Shown: positions 1-9,923 of the stretch, piece by piece
Layout of the letters: each line of letters begins with the position of its first letter
Numbering within the stretch: position 1 is the stretch's first letter
From: an uncultured Muribaculaceae bacterium
GTDB taxonomy: Bacteria > Bacillota_I > Bacilli_A > RF39 > UBA660
DNA: 64,000 nt
Assembly (NCBI GenBank): GCA_964473455.1
Contig: CAYYQX010000004.1
Location: forward strand, 27,965 to 91,964
Direction of reading: 5' to 3'
The notes under the pieces: generated by a model
Told to the model about the DNA's origin: nothing
The model's input: only the letters and a program-made list of their open reading frames with translations
The model's database searches: none
Position numbers and translations under genes: made by a program

Positions 1-147
1 ATAGTAGGTGGGGGAGACACTGCAGCCGCAGTTATCAATTTTGGTTATAAGAAATATATGACCCATATTTCAACTGGTGGTGGCGCCTTTTTGGAATTAA
101 TCGAAGGAAAAAGTTTGCCTGGAATAGAGATTATAGATGAAAAATAA
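1..147 (+). CDS. pgk: Phosphoglycerate kinase, C-terminal fragment (gene begins upstream of the window)
   Basis: Frame 1 translates to ...[48 protein letters not shown], the conserved PGK C-terminus. tpiA follows, as in the gap-pgk-tpi operon. Confidence 0.85.
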   Translation: MVGGGDTAAAVINFGYKKYMTHISTGGGAFLELIEGKSLPGIEIIDEK

Positions 148-1171
148 TAAAAGAATAATAAATTTAATAATTCTTTTTATAGTGATTGCTTTAGTTATGT
201 ATTTTGCTTTAAAAGATGATTTTACTGGAGTAATTAAGCAACTTACAAACATAAATATTGTATATTTGGGGCTAGGATTACTGTTTTTAGCTGTGTCTTT
301 AATATTTAGAAGTCTAATATTTTATAGATTAGTTAAAAGATTTAATAAGGATTATACTTTTGCCAATTCATTTAAACTTAGAGTCATTACTCAATTATTT
401 GATGCGATAACTCCATTCGCATCTGGTGGTCAACCGTATCAAGTATATGACTTAAAAAAACACAACGTTTCCTTAACAAACGGAGCCAATGTTGTTGTAG
501 AAGATTTTATCATATTCCAGATAGCATACATTATATTAAGCGTTTTTGTATTAGTATATAATTATTTTTTTCATGTTTTTTCAACAATTGACTTTTTAAA
601 GACGTTAGTAATAATAGGATTTTGTATCAATTTATTTATATTTTCTACAATATTACTATTGTCTTTTAGTAAGAATATTAGTAAGGCAATTATGAAATTT
701 GGAATAATGTGTCTAAATGCGCTTGGAATTGTAAAAGATAAACAAAAACAATACGAAAGATGGGAAATAAGCATAGAAAGCTATAATGCTAATTTTAAGT
801 TATTATTTCAAAATAAAAAAGAATTAATAAATTTATCTTTCATGTCAATAATATCAGTTGGTTTTCTATATGCTATACCATTTTTTATAGTACTAGGAGC
901 TGGATATAAAGATTTAAGTTTTGTTGATTCTTTTGTTGCTACAACGCATACGATGATTGCCGCTTCTTTTGTTCCAATACCAGGTGGGACAGGCGGTATG
1001 GAATATGCTTTTTCTGAAATTTATAATAATTTCATCATAGGTCCTACTTTAGTTGCAGTTCTACTTACTTGGCGTTTTATAACATACTATCTAGGAATGA
1101 TTTTAGGATCAATTCTACTAATGTTTAATAGAAAAAAAAGGAGATGTTATGAAAAAATTAGTAATAGCTAA
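137..1171 (+). CDS. UPF0104 / lysylphosphatidylglycerol-synthase-TM-like (flippase-like) integral membrane protein
   Basis: 344 aa with multiple TM helices. Motifs [13 protein letters not shown] and [13 protein letters not shown] are typical of the MprF-TM/UPF0104 family. It overlaps the pgk stop by 11 nt and the tpiA start by 23 nt. Confidence 0.6.
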   Translation: MKNNKRIINLIILFIVIALVMYFALKDDFTGVIKQLTNINIVYLGLGLLFLAVSLIFRSLIFYRLVKRFNKDYTFANSFKLRVITQLFDAITPFASGGQPYQVYDLKKHNVSLTNGANVVVEDFIIFQIAYIILSVFVLVYNYFFHVFSTIDFLKTLVIIGFCINLFIFSTILLLSFSKNISKAIMKFGIMCLNALGIVKDKQKQYERWEISIESYNANFKLLFQNKKELINLSFMSIISVGFLYAIPFFIVLGAGYKDLSFVDSFVATTHTMIAASFVPIPGGTGGMEYAFSEIYNNFIIGPTLVAVLLTWRFITYYLGMILGSILLMFNRKKRRCYEKISNS

Positions 1172-1838
1172 TATGAAAATGAACCTTTTATTGTCAGAAA
1201 TACAAGAATATGTTAGTAAAATAAAACACGAAAACAATGTTATTATATGTCCAACAAGTATATATATTCCTTATTTTTCTTCATTTAACGTTGGTATTCA
1301 AAATGTATTTTACGAAAATAACGGTTCTTATACAGGAGAAATTTCTCCAAAACAAGCAAAAAGTCTTGGCGTTAATTACGCTATAATTGGTCACAGTGAG
1401 AGAAGAAGACTGTTTGAAGAAACAAACCAAATAATAAATAAGAAGATCAAAAAGGCTTTAGAAAATGATTTAAAAGTTATTTTGTGTATTGGAGAACAAG
1501 AAGGACAAAATTTAATTGAAACACTAAATACACAACTAGAAGAATGCTTAAAAGAACTTGAAAGTGTTACAAAAATAATAGTAGCCTATGAACCTGTTTG
1601 GGCAATTGGAACACAAAAAACCCCAACTATGGAACAAATATCCAAAACAATACAATATATAAAAGACTATATATATGGTAAATATGAAACCAGCATACTT
1701 GTTTTATATGGTGGAAGCGTTAGTAAAGATAACATCGAAGAGTTAAACAAAATAGAAAACGTAGATGGATTTCTGGTTGGAACAGCAGCCAAAAGTATTA
1801 ATGAACTTAATAAAATAATAGAAGTTACTAACAGGTAA
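1149..1838 (+). CDS. tpiA: Triosephosphate isomerase
   Basis: NMKMN, AIIGHSERR, YEPVWAIGTQKTPT and YGGSV motifs. RBS aaggag upstream. Confidence 0.9.
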   Translation: MKKLVIANMKMNLLLSEIQEYVSKIKHENNVIICPTSIYIPYFSSFNVGIQNVFYENNGSYTGEISPKQAKSLGVNYAIIGHSERRRLFEETNQIINKKIKKALENDLKVILCIGEQEGQNLIETLNTQLEECLKELESVTKIIVAYEPVWAIGTQKTPTMEQISKTIQYIKDYIYGKYETSILVLYGGSVSKDNIEELNKIENVDGFLVGTAAKSINELNKIIEVTNR

Positions 1839-1855
1839 CTTTTTTTAGGAGAAAA

Positions 1856-2554
1856 ATGGGAAAAATAAAAGTACTAATAATTGAAGATAATGAAAAACTA
1901 ATTGAAGAAATGAAAAAACATTTTAAAAATACAAACATAGAAATTGTTTATTCTGCAAATAATGGTGAATATGGTTTAGATTTAATAAATAAAAAAACAG
2001 ACTACGATGTGGTTATATTAGACTTAGTTATGCCGGATAAAGATGGATTATACGTTCTTGAAAATATTAAAAAAAAGATATTTAACAAAATCATTGTTTC
2101 TACAAGCAACAATTCACCTTATATAATAAATAAAGTGAGTTCATATGGCATCCCTTATTATTTATTAAAGCCTTATGATTTAACTATTTTAGAAAAAAGA
2201 ATATATGAAATAAGCGAAGCAAAAAGTAAATTAAATAATATAACAAAATTACTACATGAATTTGGTCTTCCTTCACATTTAAAGGGTAGTCAGTATTTAG
2301 AGGGGATTATAAATGAAGTGTATAATTCAAATACGGCAATAAAAGATGCTTATGAAAGTGTAGCTAAAAACTTAAATACAACTCCACAAAAAATAGAGCG
2401 CACAATACGTTACGCAATAGAAATAGGTTTTAATAGAGCAAACATTAGCTTTGTGGAGGAGAGTTTTGGCTCAAGCATTGATGCATTTAAAGGAAAACCA
2501 ACTAACACTGAGTTTTTATGGACTGTTGTAAATATGTTAAAATTAAAAAATTGA
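1856..2554 (+). CDS. spo0A: Spo0A-like response regulator (receiver domain plus Spo0A C-terminal DNA-binding domain)
   Basis: Receiver domain with phospho-acceptor context VVILDLVMPDKDG. C-terminus RTIRYAIEIGF...GKPTNTEFLWTVVNML matches the Spo0A_C signature (B. subtilis ...KPTNSEFIAMVADKL). RBS aggaga. Confidence 0.65.
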   Translation: MGKIKVLIIEDNEKLIEEMKKHFKNTNIEIVYSANNGEYGLDLINKKTDYDVVILDLVMPDKDGLYVLENIKKKIFNKIIVSTSNNSPYIINKVSSYGIPYYLLKPYDLTILEKRIYEISEAKSKLNNITKLLHEFGLPSHLKGSQYLEGIINEVYNSNTAIKDAYESVAKNLNTTPQKIERTIRYAIEIGFNRANISFVEESFGSSIDAFKGKPTNTEFLWTVVNMLKLKN

Positions 2555-2654
2555 AGTAAATAATCATCAAGAATTTTTGTGTTTACTTAAACAATTTCTA
2601 AAAATGGAGTGTAAATGTGCGCCAATCATATCAAACAAATGTATGTAAAAAGTA

Positions 2655-2683
2655 TTGACAAGCATTATATTCTATTATACAAT
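2655..2683 (+). promoter_or_regulatory. Sigma-A type promoter upstream of recA
   Basis: TTGACA (2655-2660), 17-nt spacer, TACAAT (2678-2683). No GAAC-N4-GTTC LexA box in the 150 nt upstream of recA. Confidence 0.5.
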
Positions 2684-2709
2684 TGTAATGTAATAGAGGA
2701 GGACTTAAA

Positions 2710-3720
2710 GTGAACAAGCAAGATAAAACTTTAGATCAAGTTTTAAGTGACATAGAAAAACAATTTGGCAAAGGCTCAATAATGAAGTTAGGCGATAATG
2801 AGTTTAAAAAAATAGATACTGTTTCTAGTGGTTCAATATCACTAGATATCGCTCTTGGAATAGGTGGTTATCCTAAAGGAAGAATTATAGAGATATATGG
2901 CCCCGAAGCGTCTGGAAAAACAACGTTTGCGTTGCATGCTATTGCCGAAGTGCAAAAAAAAGGAGGCAGAGCAGCTTTTATTGATGCTGAAAACTCTTTG
3001 GATCCACAGTATGCTGCTAAAGTAGGAGTTAACATTGATGAATTACTGTTATCGCAACCAGATAACGGAGAACAAGCACTTGAAATATGTGAAGCTTTAG
3101 TTAGAAGCGGAGCTATTAGTATTGTTGTTATTGATTCGGTTGCGGCTTTAGTTCCTAAAGCAGAAATCGAAGGAGAAATGGGAGACTCTCATATGGGTCT
3201 TCAAGCAAGGTTAATGAGCCAAGCTCTTAGAAAGTTAACGGCAATCATTAATAAAACAAATACAATTGCTATTTTTATAAATCAATTAAGAGAAAAGGTT
3301 GGAATTGTTTTTGGAAATCCGGAAACTACTCCTGGTGGTAGAGCACTAAAATTTTACTCTTCAGTAAGATTAGATATTAGAAGAGCAGAGCAGATAAAAT
3401 CAGAAACTCAAATAACAGGAAATAAAACAACAATAAAAGTTGTAAAAAACAAAATGGCGCCGCCTTTTAAAACTTGTACAGTAGATATATTATATGGTGA
3501 AGGAGTATCAAGAGAAGGAGAAATATGTGACTTGGCAACTGAAGCTAAAATAATTGAAAAATCAGGTGCTTGGTATTCTTATAGTGGAAACAGAATAGGT
3601 CAAGGAAGAGACAATGTTAGAGATTTATTTAAAAAAGATCAAAAATTAAGAGAAGAAATAGAGAAAAAAGTTAGACAATTTTATAATATTGATAAAGAAG
3701 ATGTTAAAGATAAAAAGTAA
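2710..3720 (+). CDS. recA: Recombinase RecA
   Basis: GPEASGKTT Walker A, FIDAEN and GGRALKFY motifs. GTG start 7 nt after RBS gaggagg. Confidence 0.95.
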   Translation: MNKQDKTLDQVLSDIEKQFGKGSIMKLGDNEFKKIDTVSSGSISLDIALGIGGYPKGRIIEIYGPEASGKTTFALHAIAEVQKKGGRAAFIDAENSLDPQYAAKVGVNIDELLLSQPDNGEQALEICEALVRSGAISIVVIDSVAALVPKAEIEGEMGDSHMGLQARLMSQALRKLTAIINKTNTIAIFINQLREKVGIVFGNPETTPGGRALKFYSSVRLDIRRAEQIKSETQITGNKTTIKVVKNKMAPPFKTCTVDILYGEGVSREGEICDLATEAKIIEKSGAWYSYSGNRIGQGRDNVRDLFKKDQKLREEIEKKVRQFYNIDKEDVKDKK

Positions 3721-3781
3721 ACATCTTTTTATTTGTTTACAAAGGTATGCATTTTATTTATAATGAGAATGGTGAAGCTTT

Positions 3782-4876
3782 ATGGCAATTTATATTCATA
3801 TTCCTTTTTGTAATCAACTTTGTTCTTATTGTGCGTTTTGTAAAATGATATATAACGCTTCTTGGGCAGATAAATATTTAGATGCTTTAAGAAAAGAAAT
3901 AGAAAAAAATTATCAAAAAGAAGAAATAAATACTATTTATATAGGCGGTGGAACTCCAAGTTCATTAACTATTTTTCAACTAAAAAAATTATTTGAGATA
4001 ATAAGTGTATTTAAGTTAAAAAAAGATGTTGAATTTACTTTTGAATGCAACGTTGGTGATTTAACAAAAGAAAAAATTGATTTATTATATAGTAACGGAG
4101 TTAATAGGCTAAGTATTGGACTACAAAGTTTTAGTAAGAAGAATTTGGATTTTTTAAACAGAAGTCACACTTATAAAACAGTAAAGCAAACAATAAAATT
4201 AATTAAAAAAATAGGTTTTAAAAACATTAATCTAGATTTAATGTACGCTATTCCTAAACAAACAATAAAAGATTTAGGGAAAGATTTAAAGAAATTTCTA
4301 AAATTAAAAGTTAGTCATATTTCAACATATTCTCTTATGATCGAACCAAACACAGTACTTTTTAATAAAAAAATAAAGCCAGTGGATGAAGAGTTGGATT
4401 TTAAAATGTATAAAAAGATTAAAAAAACATTAGAAAAAAATAACTATATTCATTATGAGATTAGTAATTATAGTCAAAGAGGATATGAATCAAAACACAA
4501 CTTAACTTATTGGAATAACAATAAGTATTATGGTTTTGGTTTAGGCTCATCAGGGTACTTAAACAATGTGCGTTATGAGAATACAAAATCACTAAAAAAT
4601 TACTTTGAAGAAAAATTTAAAGCTAAAGAAGAAATATTAGATAAAAATGCTGAAATAGTTTATGAATTAATACTTGGGTTTAGAAAAATTAAGGGAATAA
4701 ACCTAACTTTTTTTAACAAAGAATATAACATTTTATTACAGGAGAATGCAATAATAAGAAAGTTACTACAAGAGAAAAAATTAATCATTGATAAAGATAA
4801 CATCTACATTAATCAAAAATATTTATATACTTCAAATGAAATTTTATTAGAACTTGTTGAGGAGACTTACTTTTAG
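3782..4876 (+). CDS. hemW: Radical SAM family heme chaperone HemW (HemN-like)
   Basis: YIHIPFCNQLCSYCAFC radical-SAM CxxxCxxC motif and GGGTPS motif. C-terminal HemN_C-like region. Confidence 0.8.
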   Translation: MAIYIHIPFCNQLCSYCAFCKMIYNASWADKYLDALRKEIEKNYQKEEINTIYIGGGTPSSLTIFQLKKLFEIISVFKLKKDVEFTFECNVGDLTKEKIDLLYSNGVNRLSIGLQSFSKKNLDFLNRSHTYKTVKQTIKLIKKIGFKNINLDLMYAIPKQTIKDLGKDLKKFLKLKVSHISTYSLMIEPNTVLFNKKIKPVDEELDFKMYKKIKKTLEKNNYIHYEISNYSQRGYESKHNLTYWNNNKYYGFGLGSSGYLNNVRYENTKSLKNYFEEKFKAKEEILDKNAEIVYELILGFRKIKGINLTFFNKEYNILLQENAIIRKLLQEKKLIIDKDNIYINQKYLYTSNEILLELVEETYF

Positions 4877-4980
4877 AAAAGTAAGTTATTTCCGTTCTTT
4901 ACATTCATGGCTTAACCCTGTATAATGTTTATAGTAAAGAGTATTAGAAGTATTAATTTGAAGACCTTAAGGAGTAAATT

Positions 4981-5979
4981 ATGGAAGATATTGAAGTTGT
5001 TGAAATAGATGAAAGCAAACCAGAAAAAGAAGAATTCAGCGTTATCAAGACATATGGTGAGGAACTTGTTTCTAAAAAATATATAACAAATCCAGCTATT
5101 GCCAGAGATGACGAAATAAAAAAACTAATGTTAGTTTTATTAACTCCAGAAAAGTCTGCTCTTTTAACAGGTAAAGCTGGTATAGGTAAGACCGCTATTG
5201 TAGAAGGACTTGCTTATTTAATTCAAAGAGATGAAGTGCCTGATGCACTTAAAGGTTATAAAATAATAAAAATAAATTCAAATTCCTTGGTTGGAACGGT
5301 TATTTTAAATAACACTGAAGAAATGGCAATAAATATTTTGATGAGAGAACTAAAAGGACTTTCTAAAATGATTCTGTTTATCGATGAAGTTCACACTTTA
5401 ATTGGTGGTAGAGAAGCTGGCCCAATGGATCTTGCCAACATTTTAAAACCGGCCTTAGATAGAGGAGATATGAAGGCAATAGGTGCGACAACTACGGCTG
5501 AATATGAAGCCTACATAGTTAGAGATAGGGCTTTCTTACGAAGATTTGAAAGAATAGAAGTTTTAGAGCCAAGCCTAGAAACAACTGTTGAAATTCTTAT
5601 GAAAAGTATTCCAAAATATGAGTATAAAACAAAAGCCCATATAAAATATACTAACTTTATAACAGAAATGCTTATAACAGCTATTGTTTCTGCAACGGGG
5701 CCTTTTAAAAGAGTGTATGGGTTAGCTGCGATGTATCCAGATGTTGCTTTTTCAGTACTTGCGGCAGCCTTTTCTCAAGCGGTTTACGCTAACAGAGATG
5801 AAGTTACGATATTAGACTTTTATAATGCGATTAAAACTAGTAAAAGAATATATCCCGACTCAATTGTCAAAGAATTAAAGATATTTAGGGATAAATTTAA
5901 GCAAATTTGTGAAGAATTTAATATTGTTTTACCAGAAGTTACAATAGAAGAAATTAGAGTTATAGAGAGTGATTTTTAA
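4981..5979 (+). CDS. Stand-alone Clp/Hsp100 D1-type AAA+ ATPase domain protein (no N-domain, M-domain or D2)
   Basis: LLTGKAGIGKTAIVEGLA (Walker A, compare ClpB LIGEPGVGKTAIVEGLA), ILFIDEVHTLIGG (Walker B) and GATTTAEYEAYIVRDRAFLRRFERIEV (sensor region). Only 332 aa. RBS aaggag. Confidence 0.6.
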   Translation: MEDIEVVEIDESKPEKEEFSVIKTYGEELVSKKYITNPAIARDDEIKKLMLVLLTPEKSALLTGKAGIGKTAIVEGLAYLIQRDEVPDALKGYKIIKINSNSLVGTVILNNTEEMAINILMRELKGLSKMILFIDEVHTLIGGREAGPMDLANILKPALDRGDMKAIGATTTAEYEAYIVRDRAFLRRFERIEVLEPSLETTVEILMKSIPKYEYKTKAHIKYTNFITEMLITAIVSATGPFKRVYGLAAMYPDVAFSVLAAAFSQAVYANRDEVTILDFYNAIKTSKRIYPDSIVKELKIFRDKFKQICEEFNIVLPEVTIEEIRVIESDF

Positions 5980-6107
5980 ATCCCTGAGGTTATCAAATTT
6001 TATTAAAAATATAAACTTTATAAAAAAAAGTTTATGTAAAACGATTATGTGTTTACAAAACAAATAAAAAATGATAACATTAATTAAGAATAGAAAGAGG
6101 ATGTAGT

Positions 6108-6641
6108 ATGTTGGACTTTGTTGAACAAAATTACGTTTGGTTTATTGGTGGAGCAATATTCATTGTTTTAATAGTAATAGGGTATATTGCTGAACAAACA
6201 GATTTTGGTCACAAAAAAATCGAAAGAAAAGCAAAACCTGAAGAACCAATCAACAAAAAAGAAGTAATTAAGGAAATAAAAGAAACAAAAGAGTTTGAAA
6301 ATATCAAACTTAATGATGTTGTATATAAAGGAACAGAAGCAAAGGCTGAAGAAGTAAAAAAAGTAGAAGATATTTCAACTATTAAAAATGAACCTGTAAA
6401 ACCTAATATACCATTTAATAATGATAAGAAAACAGAACCAATTAAAAATGATAATAAACAATTTAAAGAAGAAAAAAAGGATATCCCTTTCAATAATAAT
6501 GTTAAGGTAGAAAATAAAGATATTAAAGAAAACAACAAAGATATTGAAAGTGAAGATCAAAGTGTTTGGGAAAAACCAACTGTAGAAGTTGAACCAAAAA
6601 AAGAAGAAATTACTACTGAAGAAGATATTTGGGATTTTTAA
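6108..6641 (+). CDS. Hypothetical membrane-anchored Lys/Glu-rich low-complexity protein
   Basis: N-terminal TM helix (VWFIGGAIFIVLIVIGYI) followed by K/E-rich low complexity with a repeated IPFNN motif. RBS agagga. Confidence 0.45.
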   Translation: MLDFVEQNYVWFIGGAIFIVLIVIGYIAEQTDFGHKKIERKAKPEEPINKKEVIKEIKETKEFENIKLNDVVYKGTEAKAEEVKKVEDISTIKNEPVKPNIPFNNDKKTEPIKNDNKQFKEEKKDIPFNNNVKVENKDIKENNKDIESEDQSVWEKPTVEVEPKKEEITTEEDIWDF

Positions 6642-6718
6642 AAACAATTTTATTGTTTTTTTTTATTTAATGTCTTGTTTTATTTGGTTGGTTATTGTAT
6701 AATTGTCCATGTTGAAAT

Positions 6719-6795
<77 letters not shown>

Positions 6796-6810
6796 TAAAT
6801 TGTAATTAAA

Positions 6811-6833
6811 CACTCCTTAGGAGTGCTTTTTTA
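6811..6833 (+). terminator. Rho-independent terminator after tRNA-Arg
   Basis: cactccttaggagtg hairpin followed by a T-run. Confidence 0.7.
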
Positions 6834-6906
6834 TAAGTAGTATTCATAACTTGACTTCTTTCTTAAAAAGAATTAGAATAAAAAATTAATAGGAGGAAAT
6901 AACGTT

Positions 6907-8148
6907 ATGAATTGGAATCTAAAAAGTAAATTGAAAATTGAAGCTTTTTCCCAAGAAAATTTAACAAGACTAATACAAGATAATAGTCAAATATTAAAAA
7001 AAGAAATCGATTCAACTGCCGAAATTGCAATTGTTGTGAAACCAAATATTGATTGGGATGAATGCCCAAGAGAAGTCATAACTGAATTCTCGGTTCCGGC
7101 ATTTTATATTCCAATAGAGGAATATGAAAATTTTTTTCCGGTGCACAAGGAAGAAATTGAAATGCTCAAAGAACTTTTAAGCATTCAAAAAAATGCCTCT
7201 CAGGATGATCCTAATGAAGCTCATCATTTTGGAACAATTATTTTTATGAAACTTATAACAGCTTATGCAAAATTAGAACAATTAAGTAAAAAACTGGAAA
7301 GTGTACAAGACCCCACTAAATACGGTTTTATTAAACGTGTATTAGATTACGTGGTGAGAGATATTACATCAAAGCTTAAACACACGAAGATTGTATGGGA
7401 ATATAAAGAATGGACTGTCGGTAATGACTTTAAAAGATACGATGAAGCATACTTGTTAGACTTGAATGGTGGGAAAAAATTATTTGATGAAGCCAGCAAA
7501 GAAACTTTAAACAAAGACGTTTTTGCTTTCATTGAAAATTATTTAGAAGAAGCAAAAAAAGAAGAAGAATCGAAACCTATTTATCACGAAACAGTCAAAG
7601 TAGAGAGAAAACCTATTTCATTAATCTTAAGTAGTGATGATATTGCTCGAAACTCAGCAACTGTGTATTATCAAATTATAAAAGAACTAGCAACATTAGA
7701 TGAAGATGACGGAGCTATTCACTTTCAGTCTCTTCAGAGCTTTATTTGGAAAATGGATGAAATGAAAGAAGCTAACCAATTTATTGATGTTGAATTGATT
7801 ATTATTGATTCGGCGCCTCCATATTTCGCACATCCAACTTTGGAACAATTTCAATTGATGAAGAAATATGGAATATATAATTATGGATTAACAAGAAGCG
7901 GATTAGATTATGATAACGGCTGTATTAAAGACATTAAAGGCATTTTAAGGTTAATAAAAGGAGAATATCCAGAATTGCCTTTACCAATAGTAATATCAGA
8001 TGGTTCTGTAAAAAAATCGCTTGAATATTCAGAAAATGAATGTATAGCAATATGTTCGAGTGATTATGACGAACACGACGATAAAGTAATAAAAGCACGT
8101 CAGCATTTATTAAAAAGGCAGCAAGAAAAAGAATGTATGACAATATAA
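6907..8148 (+). CDS. Hypothetical protein (413 aa, no recognisable domain)
   Basis: Long ORF with a strong RBS (aggagga). Sits between tRNA-Arg and dnaG. No TM, no motif I can recognise. Confidence 0.5.
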   Translation: MNWNLKSKLKIEAFSQENLTRLIQDNSQILKKEIDSTAEIAIVVKPNIDWDECPREVITEFSVPAFYIPIEEYENFFPVHKEEIEMLKELLSIQKNASQDDPNEAHHFGTIIFMKLITAYAKLEQLSKKLESVQDPTKYGFIKRVLDYVVRDITSKLKHTKIVWEYKEWTVGNDFKRYDEAYLLDLNGGKKLFDEASKETLNKDVFAFIENYLEEAKKEEESKPIYHETVKVERKPISLILSSDDIARNSATVYYQIIKELATLDEDDGAIHFQSLQSFIWKMDEMKEANQFIDVELIIIDSAPPYFAHPTLEQFQLMKKYGIYNYGLTRSGLDYDNGCIKDIKGILRLIKGEYPELPLPIVISDGSVKKSLEYSENECIAICSSDYDEHDDKVIKARQHLLKRQQEKECMTI

Positions 8149-8207
8149 GAAGAAAAAAAGGAAATTGATCCTTTTTTTTTGTATATATCATTAGGGAGTT
8201 CTATAAT

Positions 8208-9923
8208 ATGGAAATGATTAGTGAACAAAAGTTAAATGAAATAAGAAAAAGCGTTGACATAGTAGACATTATTTCAGAATACGTTCCTCTTACTAAAAGA
8301 GGCAAAAACTTTTTTGGAATATGTCCTTTTCACAATGACAACAATCCTTCAATGAGCGTTTCTAACGAAAAACAAATATATAAGTGTTTTTCTTGTGGCG
8401 CTAGTGGAAACGTTTTTACTTTCTTACAAAATTATGAAAACATAACCTTTATTGAAGCAGTCAAAAAGGTTGCTGACAAAGCTAACATTGATTTAAATAT
8501 AAATACAAAAGTAAAACAAAATAAAAATGAAAAATTATATGAAATTTATAATACATCTTTAAAGCTATATCAAAATAACATTAATACAAAAGAAGGCCTA
8601 GAAGCAAAAGAGTACTTAAAAAAAAGAAAAATAGATGAAGATTTAATCAAAGAATTTGAAATAGGATTATCTTTAAAAAACAATAAGGTATTAACTGAAA
8701 TGTTAATTAAAAAAGGTTTTAGCTATGAGGACATCAATAAAAGTGGACTGGCCGTCAAAAACGATTTTGGTTATTCAGACATTTACTATGATCGAATAAT
8801 GTTTCCTCTGCACGATCTAAACGGCAAAGTAGTAGGTTATAGTGGTAGAGTCTACAACAAAGAAGATCAGTCAAAATACATAAACACAAGAGAAACCGAA
8901 ATATTTAAAAAAGGCGAGCTTTTATATAATTCTCATCGCGCAAAAGACCATATTAGAAAAGAAGACTCTGTTATAATAGTTGAAGGCTTTATGGACGTTA
9001 TAAGGTGTTTCTCTATTGGAGTGAAAAATTGTATTGCGCTTATGGGAACATCAATGACTAAGACACAAGCAAATTTAATTAGAAAATTGAGTAGAAATGT
9101 TATTCTATGTTTTGACGGGGATGCGGCAGGAGAAAAGGCAACAGAAAGCGCTAGTATGGAATTCATCAATATGGGGATAACTCCAAAAATAATTAGATTA
9201 GAAGAGAATTTAGACCCGGATGACTATATTATTAAAAAAGGCACTGAAAAATTTAAAGAAAAATTAACCAATCCTATGACAGTAACAGACTTTAAATTAA
9301 ATTATTATAAAAAAGGAAAAAATCTTAGCCAAGCAGAAGATCAAGCAGCTTATATAAATGAAGTAATCAAATCATTAAATGAAATAGATGATGATATTTT
9401 ACGAGAAATAACTTTAAATAAAATAAGTGAAGAAGCCAAAATAGATATTAATTTGTTGAAAAGTAAAATAGTCAAACAAGAAAAAAAAGAAGAAGTAAAT
9501 AAACAAATAAAACTAAATAAATATCAGAAAGCCGAAATGTTCTTGTTATATTATATGGCCAATAGTAATGAAGTTGCTAAAATGTATGAACACAAACTAG
9601 GTTATTTACCAACAAAAGAATACAGGGAACTTGCTAGAAGTATAGTTAACTTTTATGAAGATAATGCGGATGGAATAATAGCGGATTTAATAAACTACTT
9701 AGATGAGGATTTATTAAAAACATTAAATACGCTTTTAGACTTAAATTTAAAAGACAACTATTCTTTAGAAGAAATAAACGACTATATTGAAACAATTAAT
9801 GAATACAATGTAAAAAATGAAATTCAAAGATTAAGAGGCAAATTAAAAGAAGCAGACTTTCAAGAACAAGAAGAAATATTAAAAAAAATAGTTGAATTAA
9901 TAGGAGTAGAAAATGATAAATGA
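8208..9923 (+). CDS. dnaG: DNA primase
   Basis: CHC2 zinc finger [13 protein letters not shown]...[15 protein letters not shown] region EGFMDV...FDGDAAG. Located upstream of sigA (MMS operon arrangement). Confidence 0.95.
   Translation: MEMISEQKLNEIRKSVDIVDIISEYVPLTKRGKNFFGICPFHNDNNPSMSVSNEKQIYKCFSCGASGNVFTFLQNYENITFIEAVKKVADKANIDLNINTKVKQNKNEKLYEIYNTSLKLYQNNINTKEGLEAKEYLKKRKIDEDLIKEFEIGLSLKNNKVLTEMLIKKGFSYEDINKSGLAVKNDFGYSDIYYDRIMFPLHDLNGKVVGYSGRVYNKEDQSKYINTRETEIFKKGELLYNSHRAKDHIRKEDSVIIVEGFMDVIRCFSIGVKNCIALMGTSMTKTQANLIRKLSRNVILCFDGDAAGEKATESASMEFINMGITPKIIRLEENLDPDDYIIKKGTEKFKEKLTNPMTVTDFKLNYYKKGKNLSQAEDQAAYINEVIKSLNEIDDDILREITLNKISEEAKIDINLLKSKIVKQEKKEEVNKQIKLNKYQKAEMFLLYYMANSNEVAKMYEHKLGYLPTKEYRELARSIVNFYEDNADGIIADLINYLDEDLLKTLNTLLDLNLKDNYSLEEINDYIETINEYNVKNEIQRLRGKLKEADFQEQEEILKKIVELIGVENDK

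Noticed and set aside
571-774. Minus-strand ORFs of 60-155 aa lying inside longer plus-strand genes (for example 571..774, 6209..6538, 6375..6647, 9897..10316, 11514..11885, 20320..20787, 21335..21646, 34443..34868, 54791..55171)
   Set aside because: They are fully embedded antisense to well-supported genes. They have low-complexity, Leu/Ser/Phe-rich translations typical of AT-rich antisense frames, and no RBS. I treat them as spurious.
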